DNA of 63,893 bases, counting the filler, from Chrysochromulina tobinii (taxonomy: Eukaryota): assembly GCA_001275005.1 (NCBI GenBank). It is 6 parts of 6 records of this genome, joined end to end, with 100 filler letters (N's around TTAATTAATTAA, not from the genome) between each part and the next. Parts side by side here need not be neighbours in the genome. Positions count along the whole stretch, not along the records: positions 51,581 to 57,989 come from JWZX01000243.1; positions 58,090 to 61,539 come from JWZX01000244.1; positions 61,640 to 63,893 come from JWZX01000253.1; 3 more parts are not named here. One strand, written 5' to 3'. Position numbers and translations under genes: made by a program. The notes under the pieces were generated by a model, which worked only from the letters and a program-made list of their open reading frames with translations, did no database searches and had not been told where the DNA came from. Shown one piece after another: positions 56,831-63,893 of this stretch; position 1 is the first letter of the stretch, and every line of letters starts with the position of its first letter.

Positions 56831-57766
56831 TCACTTGAAGACGGCGACGGTGAGCGGCACCTCCCTCAGATGCACCTGGAAGAGGCCGCCACCCATCTCC
56901 ATCGCGTCGACCACCTTGAGCTTCGTGCCTGGGTAGAGCAAGACCTCCGCCTCGCTCGCTACGCCCTGGAACGCCGAGTAGCGCTGCAGGTCGACGCCGT
57001 GCACGATCTCGATCATGAAGACGGTGCGCACGCCGCTGGTGCCGAGGAACATCGGGTTCGTCAGCGTATGCAGCTGCTTGGTCGTCGACGAGAAGGCCCA
57101 CCACCAGACCTCCTTGTCCTTGGGGTACTGGGCGCGCAGGTCGACGCCCTTGACGCCGCGCCAGACGGAGCCCGTGTACTTGGGCAGCTTGCTGCGCGCC
57201 GTCAGCATCAGCTGCAGGTACGGGAAGAAGGGAATGAGGGCGGAGCGGTCGCGTGTGCGCAGCAGTTGGTTGAGCGTCGGGTAGAAGTCGCTCTGTGCCG
57301 TGTACAGCCACAGCGCGCCCGCCTCGTCCGCGTCGAGGCCGTGCGGATCGGCCGCGGCAAGCTGCGCCCCCGCCTCACTCGCCATGAAGGCGTGCGCGTC
57401 GATGTCTTCGACGCCGCTCGCCGCCGCCGCGTCCATGAGCGACAAGCGCACGCACTTCATCACCCCTGTGATCGGGCCCATGAGCTCGAGCGGCTCGTCG
57501 GAGACGTCGGCGATGCGTGCCTGCTGGGCCACACTCTCTGGCGCAGCCTTCGCGGCCGTCGCCTTCGCGGCCGCCTTCTTCTCGGCCGCCGCCTTGTCCG
57601 CCGCCGCCTTGTCGGCCGCCGCCTTGACGGCTGCCGCCTTCTCAGCCGCCACCTTCGCGGCCGCCGCCTTGTCGGCTGCCGCCTTGTCGGCCGCCACCTT
57701 CTCGGCCGCCGCCTTGTCGGCCGCCGCCTTGTCGGCCGCCACCTTCGCGGCCGCCGCCTTGTCCCA
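56831..57766 (-). CDS. NAD:arginine-type ADP-ribosyltransferase (R-S-E clade) with (AAADK)n linker; 5' part unresolved
   Basis: LWLYT....FY..LN..LR, VWRGV (R), WAFSSTT (S), FLG..G.RT.F.I, YSAF....EAEVLL.PG (ExE). A probable acceptor cacag lies at 57767-57771 and the upstream exon(s) are not identified. Confidence 0.88.
   Translation of the reverse strand, partial: WDKAAAAKVAADKAAADKAAAEKVAADKAAADKAAAAKVAAEKAAAVKAAADKAAADKAAAEKKAAAKATAAKAAPESVAQQARIADVSDEPLELMGPITGVMKCVRLSLMDAAAASGVEDIDAHAFMASEAGAQLAAADPHGLDADEAGALWLYTAQSDFYPTLNQLLRTRDRSALIPFFPYLQLMLTARSKLPKYTGSVWRGVKGVDLRAQYPKDKEVWWWAFSSTTKQLHTLTNPMFLGTSGVRTVFMIEIVHGVDLQRYSAFQGVASEAEVLLYPGTKLKVVDAMEMGGGLFQVHLREVPLTVAVFK
57545..57765. repeat. 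15-nt-period low-complexity coding repeat (AAA[DE]K/VAA[DE]K)
   Basis: ccgccgccttgtcgg-type units in tandem. Confidence 0.85.
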
Positions 57767-57989
57767 CCTGTGTCGAAGCGCACGGGGAACGCACGCTGTT
57801 GGCGCTGAGCAGTGGCGCCCATCACGGCGCGTCATCGCATGCCATCAGGAAGCGCGAGGGCTTGCGAAGGGCGGTCGTGAAGCTGGCAAGGCAGTCACAG
57901 AGGCAGAGGAGGCAGCAGCGCCCTCTCCGAGGACAACGGCGTGGGGCGACGGCGTGGGGCGACCGAGTGCTGCCTGAGTGCTGCTGAGT

Positions 57990-58089
57990 NNNNNNNNNNN
58001 NNNNNNNNNNNNNNNNNNNNNNNNNNNNNNNNNTTAATTAATTAANNNNNNNNNNNNNNNNNNNNNNNNNNNNNNNNNNNNNNNNNNNN
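57990..58089. other. Artificial contig linker
   Basis: N-run with TTAATTAATTAA core. Confidence 0.98.
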
Positions 58090-58875
58090 ATTGTGGAGCT
58101 GTGTGGCCAAATGGTTCACGGGTCGATATTCGAGGCGAAGTCGGATTTCGATGCACATCTCCAAAGATCGCGAGACACCACATAGCTGGAGGCCCATATA
58201 CCGAGTCTAGATACTATATGGACTCATACAACACAGAGAATCACGCCATCCCAAGTCACTGTCGCCACTCAGATGTCACATTGTGACCCCGAGTACGGCC
58301 TGTGAGGTCGCGTTTTGGTCGCATTTTGGTACTTGGCCATGCAGAGCGACTTGAGATGGCGTGATTATCGGTGTTGTATGAGTCCATATAGTCTCTAGAC
58401 TCGGTATATGGGCCTCCAGCTATGTGTTGTCTCGCGATCTTTGGAGATGTGCATCGAATTCCGGCTTCGTCTCGAATGTCGATCTACTTATTGTCTAAGG
58501 TCAATTTCGATGCACATCTCCAAGGATCGCGAGACAGCACATAGCTGGAGGGCCTTTGATCGAGTCTAGAGACTATATGGACTCATACAACAGCGAGAAT
58601 CACGCCATCTCAAGTCACTGTCGCCACTCAGATGTCACATGGTGACCCCAAGAACGGCCTGGAAGGTCGCGTTTTGGTCGCATTCTGGTACTAGGGCTAT
58701 GCAGAGCGACATTGAATGGCGTGATTATCTGTGCTGTATGAGTCCATATAGTCTCTAGACTCGGTATATGGCCCTCTAGCTATGTGCTGTCTCGCGATCT
58801 TTGGAGATGTGCATCGAAATCCGACTTCGCCTCGAATATCGACCCGTGAACCATTTGGCCACACAGCTCCACAAT
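58090..58875. repeat. Nested inverted/tandem repeat (foldback/MITE-like), four arms in alternating orientation
   Basis: Arms at approximately 58090-58257 (+), 58348-58482 (-), 58505-58616 (+) and 58708-58875 (-) share ttcgatgcacatctccaa.gatcgcgagaca.cacatagct...gagtctaga.actatatggactcataca...aatcacgccat. The two ~90-nt loops are also homologous to each other. Confidence 0.9.
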
Positions 58876-59932
58876 TCGAGCTCCTAAACACATTCTCTCG
58901 CCTGTTCTCGATGGTGTGTCTCTTATAGAGTGGTGTGCGATCCTAAGATAAAGAGTGGTCGACGTATGACGCACACTGCAGTACGGAAACCTACATGATG
59001 CACACAAGATGCCCTGTACGACACACGCGAGCATGCACAGTGCTCCCCTACGCAAGAAGAGTGATGCTCTCGGATCATCAGCCCAGTCGGGATATCTCAC
59101 GAGGCGACTCCGGCATGCCGTGAGCCGCCCATGCGACGCACACTGCGCCGTCCTGGAGCCATCTGCTGTCCTGCGCCTCGTGCGCAGCGGGCGGTGCTGA
59201 AGCCATGCATCCGGTTCTGCGATGACCTGCACGCGATCGTTGAGCCCACTACCCCGAAGATGCGGCATCTCAGCCTCCCAGCTGGCTGTAGCGGATGCTC
59301 CGTGGGCGGCAAGCCTGGCAGCTGCCTTCTAGATGGCGGCTCCACTCACATTGGCGCACGCACGTCTCTGCGGACCTGCTGAAGGCATTTGACAGCACTT
59401 GTCCTGAGCGCCATCGGCTAATCAGGTGGTGGTGGACCTCCAGTGCGCGCGCGGGGCTGATCCTGACGATAGTTACCGCTCACCAGCCTGTCACTCGCTG
59501 GCGGGTTCCGACAGAGGTTTTCGCCGTCATGTGTTGGAGCCGCTCCACGAGCGGCGACTTTGGGAAATTCATTTCCAAAAGTCTAGCACGAGCCAACTCA
59601 AAATGGACACCCTCAGGTATCGGCGTCACAAGTCGCAGGTGTCGGCCATTTGTGGAGCCGACACCTGCGAACCCGTGCTGATTAGGAAGGTTGCGCCCGC
59701 CTCACTCGTGAGCTTGGTCGCCGCGTCGCGCAATCACGTCGCGGTGCGCATCGTCTTCGCCGTTCGAGTGAGCTTACCTCGCGACAAGGCCGACAGGCAG
59801 GAGAGGACTGGAGAAGCGGACCAGGCGACGCTCGGACCAGTTTGCGCCTGCGTACGGCAGAGCACGGCACGCGTTACGTTACGGCTGACCGTACGCGTTG
59901 ATGGCTTGGTCGATGTGCGGCTGTCGGCCCCA

Positions 59933-61183
59933 ATGCTTGGTTGCTCAGTGTCGCTGCGGAGGCACAGCATAGATCGATTACTCGGTGACACGCGGCTTAT
60001 ATCCGTGGGTTCATCCTGGCAGCCATGTCGTCTGGATGTGGCTTTGAGCATGCTTCTTGGAATCACCACGGCACGTGCAGCTGAGCTCCTCAGTCTGGGC
60101 GCTGTGCACGTGAATGGCTCGAGGTTGATGGCCCCAGAAGCGCTGCTGGTCCCGAACGCCTTCGCTCGTGTACACCTGGAGCCGAGGCGATTTCGGATGC
60201 CTGCCTGTCTGCATGTCGTCGGGAGTTGCGCGGACTTCGTGATCGTCGACAAGCCAAACGGCGTCCCTGTGCACGGCAAGGTGGATAACGCCATCGAGAA
60301 CGTGCTGGCCGCCATGTCTGAGCAGCTGGGTGAGCGGTTGCTCTTGACATCGCGCCTCGACAGACCGACCTCTGGGCTGCTGGTTCTCGCGCGCAGCGCG
60401 CGTGCCCAGTCTGAGTTCAATGCACAGCTTCGCGAGCGTCGCGTGTACAAGGAGTACCGTGCGCTCGTGCTTCCCGCTCGGGACGGCCCTCAGGACGGCG
60501 CTCAAGACGGCGCCTTCCTCCTCAAGGCGCCATCAACATTGGTGCACTGGATGGGCCCTGGTCGAACGGAGCCGAAGGTGCTCAGCCGCACGGAGATCCC
60601 GGGATGGCAGCGGTGCGAGAGCGAGCTGCTCGCCGCTCGGCGTGTCTTCGCAGCCTTCAACAGCGACGACGAGGCATCTGCATGCAAGAGCGCTGGGCTG
60701 GAGGTCTATGAGGTGTCGATCCGGCTTGGCACTGGCCGCACACATCAGCTGCGTGCACAACTCTCTTTCGAAGGCCACCCAATCCTAGGCGACGAGATGT
60801 ATGGTGCGCCGGATGTGGTCTCGCGGGAGAGGGGCGACGCTGCGAACGCGGACTGTGTAGTCTCGATGGGGCAGGCCGCCGGAGACTATGTGAGCAAGCA
60901 GTGCGAAGCGGCGGGGGGGTGCGCGGCTCGCTCGGCGTGCACACCAGTACTCGCTGCGGCGGGAGGGCACACTCATACCGGTACTCAGACGGATCCTCAC
61001 TGCGGCCTCCCGACGGTGATAGCACCACGGACGCCCATTGCGCTACATGCGACGCGACTGCGATTCGTCTCTTCCGCTGCTGCTGGAGTCCGTTCCGAAG
61101 CGAGCAGCGTGCAGGGACTTGCCACTGGCGAGCTCGATCTCACACTGGAGCCTCCTTGGACACGGCCGACGACATGTAACTAG
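59933..61183 (+). CDS. RluA/RluD-family pseudouridine synthase
   Basis: S4-like N-terminus (LL..GAV.VNG), VDKPNGVPVH, SRLDRPTSGLL (catalytic Asp), KEYRALV, TGRTHQLRAQL..EGHPILGD.MY, IALHA..L.F. The start is uncertain. Confidence 0.92.
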   Translation: MLGCSVSLRRHSIDRLLGDTRLISVGSSWQPCRLDVALSMLLGITTARAAELLSLGAVHVNGSRLMAPEALLVPNAFARVHLEPRRFRMPACLHVVGSCADFVIVDKPNGVPVHGKVDNAIENVLAAMSEQLGERLLLTSRLDRPTSGLLVLARSARAQSEFNAQLRERRVYKEYRALVLPARDGPQDGAQDGAFLLKAPSTLVHWMGPGRTEPKVLSRTEIPGWQRCESELLAARRVFAAFNSDDEASACKSAGLEVYEVSIRLGTGRTHQLRAQLSFEGHPILGDEMYGAPDVVSRERGDAANADCVVSMGQAAGDYVSKQCEAAGGCAARSACTPVLAAAGGHTHTGTQTDPHCGLPTVIAPRTPIALHATRLRFVSSAAAGVRSEASSVQGLATGELDLTLEPPWTRPTTCN

Positions 61184-61539
61184 AAAGTACGTCTCGAGGT
61201 ATGCAGTGGTTAGCCCTGCAGGGCTGTTTATTATAGCGGCCGGACGACCGCTGCCTGTTGGGGGTTTATGAGGACGTTCACGCGTGTGAATCAGAGCGTG
61301 AACGAGACGGTGGTTTCTAGAGCGCGTTTAAGCGCTAGATAACGCTAGAACCTAGATTAGTCGGTCTTCCGAGCCTGCGGGGAGACGGCGGCGGTAGGAT
61401 TATAGATTGCGGGGATTTGGTTTTGTAAGATGTAAAAAACAGGTTGGTTAGTTCGAGTGAGTCGTCGGCCGGAGTCGAACGAGCTCTATCTCGATGTGCG
61501 AGCGCCGTTTGATTGCATTTGGGGTTTTTGCTGTGACCA

Positions 61540-61639
61540 NNNNNNNNNNNNNNNNNNNNNNNNNNNNNNNNNNNNNNNNNNNNTTAATTAATTAANNNNN
61601 NNNNNNNNNNNNNNNNNNNNNNNNNNNNNNNNNNNNNNN
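61540..61639. other. Artificial contig linker
   Basis: N-run with TTAATTAATTAA core. Confidence 0.98.

Positions 61640-61668
<29 letters not shown>
61640..61668. repeat. (AG)n microsatellite at contig start
   Basis: Run of ag dinucleotides, the likely cause of the assembly break. Confidence 0.9.
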
Positions 61669-61672
<4 letters not shown>

Positions 61673-62128
61673 CGTGATCACCAGCCCATCTCGCGCGGGC
61701 AGCAGCCGGGGAGATGATTCGCACCTCCTCGCGGGCATCCGCGCAGATTGAGCCCAGGGCACCGTTCGGGCGCGCGCCCCGGGCAGACCAAGGGCGCGCC
61801 GCTCGTGGTGGGCGTGGCGCACGAAGACGAGTCAGACACGGGAGACTGGTGATTGCTGATACGATCTTCGACGCGATGAGGAGGCGCTGGAGATCTGGGG
61901 AGATCTGGGGCCTTCGTTCCTCTTGCGTACAAAACGCGAAATCAACTTGTGGTGGTTATTATAAGTAAACGAGTCTGGAGTTTATGAGACGGCACGCACG
62001 CACAGCGGCCCGAGAAGAGAGACACCATGCGGGCGCTAGTATCCTAACCGCCTATGAGCGCTAACAAAGTAACCGCCGGTCGCGCGTCTCGTCTGACCGC
62101 GCCGCGATCTATCCGGAAATAAGTGATC

Positions 62129-63652
62129 TCAAGCCAACACAAAACGGTCCGCCGCGGACCCGCCAAACCACGACTCGGGTCGCAAAGTCCACTGCTGCTC
62201 GGTGGCGATGACGCGGGCCGCGCCGGCCTTTCGGATCCAGTGTGCCCAGTCACGCGTGATACTCTCACTCGGACCGCGCACATACCACGACTTGGCCTTG
62301 GCCGCGGCAGGCGCGAAGCTGGGCGAATCGCCGGCCCCTTGCAACGTGCGCGGCAGCAGCGCGAGCGAGATGATGCCGTCCTCGCCCACCACCTTGGCGA
62401 GCGCGTACGTACGCAGGTCGTCGATGCGCCCCTTGGGCTCGCGGTGGGCCCTCGGGTCCTCGGGGCCCGTGTAGATGGCCAAAGTGTGCGCCGTCGCGTC
62501 GAGCACAAACCAGCGCGCAAACTTCGGCGCCGGGCCCGTGGGCACGTCGACGAGCTTGAGCGGGTTGCCGCCTGGCTTGGTGCGCGTCGCGCCGCGCTTG
62601 GACCCGTCCGCCTCCTCCACGGACATCGCCTTGAGCCGCTCGAGCGGGCCGGCACCAGAGGGCGTCTTGAGAAGCCATCCCGTTCTGACGACGTGCTTCC
62701 CTCGCTGCTGGTTCAAGATCGCGCTCTTCCTCCGCCAGAAGCGCTGCAAGGCGATCGCGCACTCCTCATCAGACAGCTTGCTGGCCTTGCCGAGATCGCG
62801 ACCTCGTGCCGCCTTCTTGAAGATTCCCTCCATGATGTCACCAACCAACATTTTTTTCATGAGCCTCTCGATGACGGGATCGGCGCGGTCGTGCAGCCGC
62901 TCGCGCCCGGTGCGGGCACCGTCCATGCCGTACGGGATGAGCAGCTCTTTGAGCTGCTCAATCCCGCCGCTGGACGCGCCGAGCCATCGGTCCTGGATGG
63001 TCAGCCCCGTGTACCGCTCGTACACGCGCACTGTGCCGCTGTCAGACTTGACCGCGTGCCAGCAGGTGAAGCCAAATATGACGGCGCAGATCAGCAGGAT
63101 GGCCGTGTCCGCGAGCGCGCCTACGATCAAGAGCGTCGCCGTCAAAAGCGACACCAGCGCGATCACGAACACGAGGCGCACCTCGGCCATCCGAGTTTCG
63201 ATGAGCTGGTCCGCCTCGGTGATGGCGACGACGCTGTCGCCGTTGAGCGTGCTGTGGATCGAGAGCGTGATGAGGTTCATCGCGGTGTAGATGGTCCAGC
63301 ATGACGCCGCGAGGCACACGGCTGCCGACGCCGAGTACAAGTAGTTGAAGAACTTGATCCAAGCATAAGAGAGTATCGAATAGTCGTCCCATTCAGCCTT
63401 GTCGTCCAGGTTTGTGAGCTCGCCGCTGTTGAGCATTGCGACCCCGCATCCCGCCAGCAGGGTGGACTGGGTGTTCATCTGGTTGAGGTACTCGATGCGC
63501 AACCTCGATATTTGCAGCCGCAGGTCGAGCATGCCACGCGCAAAATTGGATACGTGCAACTCGCGGTTCCCGCCGACCACGCCGCCGCCGCTGGGGGCCA
63601 CGCCACCGTGAATATGCTTCTGCGCCTCAATCATGGCCTCGACAGAGAGCAT
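62129..63652 (-). CDS. Four-TM (Orai-like) membrane protein with IQ-like motif and C-terminal PH domain
   Basis: TM1 LNQMNTQSTLLAGCGVAML..GE plus three more TMs; AIALQRFWRRK (IQ-like); PH motifs VRTGWLLK...RWFVL.....L.IY.......PKG.I...W..WI. Confidence 0.75.
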   Translation of the reverse strand: MLSVEAMIEAQKHIHGGVAPSGGGVVGGNRELHVSNFARGMLDLRLQISRLRIEYLNQMNTQSTLLAGCGVAMLNSGELTNLDDKAEWDDYSILSYAWIKFFNYLYSASAAVCLAASCWTIYTAMNLITLSIHSTLNGDSVVAITEADQLIETRMAEVRLVFVIALVSLLTATLLIVGALADTAILLICAVIFGFTCWHAVKSDSGTVRVYERYTGLTIQDRWLGASSGGIEQLKELLIPYGMDGARTGRERLHDRADPVIERLMKKMLVGDIMEGIFKKAARGRDLGKASKLSDEECAIALQRFWRRKSAILNQQRGKHVVRTGWLLKTPSGAGPLERLKAMSVEEADGSKRGATRTKPGGNPLKLVDVPTGPAPKFARWFVLDATAHTLAIYTGPEDPRAHREPKGRIDDLRTYALAKVVGEDGIISLALLPRTLQGAGDSPSFAPAAAKAKSWYVRGPSESITRDWAHWIRKAGAARVIATEQQWTLRPESWFGGSAADRFVLA

Positions 63653-63893
63653 GATGACGCGTAGATCCAGCGCCTGTCGGCGTCAAGGCTTGAGATACGC
63701 TCTGTTCTCGACCAGGGAGTGTCTGAGTGAGAGCCTGCCTTGGGACTCCTTCTGTCGATGTGTTGCATGTAGGACGGCCTTCCCCGAAACTTCACAAATT
63801 TGGCCTGATCCGCGCTCTGACTACGAGTGGTCCCCGGCATCTGCTCGTTACTTTGGGGCGGCGGCAAGCGTACCACAGCATGGGCGCACCTTC

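Noticed and set aside
6117..57766. A defence island comprising Zeta/RelA/LRR, NYN and ART genes
   Set aside because: The three genes are on different contigs among housekeeping genes, so no physical clustering can be claimed.
58101..58891. Two similar short ORFs (WPNGSRVDIRGEVGFRCTSPK) on opposite strands
   Set aside because: They are a by-product of the inverted repeat, with non-ATG starts and no codon bias.

Overview
High-GC, intron-poor eukaryotic genomic DNA, most plausibly a haptophyte alga (Chrysochromulina-like). That assignment is inferred from gene content, compact gene spacing and intron style, not from a marker gene. The window is six contigs joined by artificial N-TTAATTAATTAA-N linkers: 1-16079, 16180-25102, 25203-51480, 51581-57989, 58090-61539 and 61640-63893. 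Adjacency across linkers is therefore meaningless. About 29 protein-coding genes are supportable, and most listed ORFs are antisense or out-of-frame shadows. No rRNA, tRNA, CRISPR array or transposase was recognised. Highlights: (1) one protein fusing a Zeta-toxin-like P-loop kinase, a RelA/SpoT-like nucleotidyltransferase and plant-type LRRs, a candidate intracellular immune or conflict sensor-effector. (2) A putatively myristoylated cNMP-GRAM-cNMP-RGS-GRK-type kinase. (3) A catalytically eroded but intact, apparently mitochondrion-targeted MDH pseudoenzyme head-to-head with the active mitochondrial MDH. (4) An MDH intron whose 5' end duplicates the next exon. (5) An R-S-E ADP-ribosyltransferase, an Orai-like/IQ/PH membrane protein, a Cys-less pLGIC, an E2-UEV fusion, a nested foldback repeat, and 23-bp direct repeats bracketing a lower-GC methyltransferase gene. 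All domain calls come from motif recognition by eye, without database searches.
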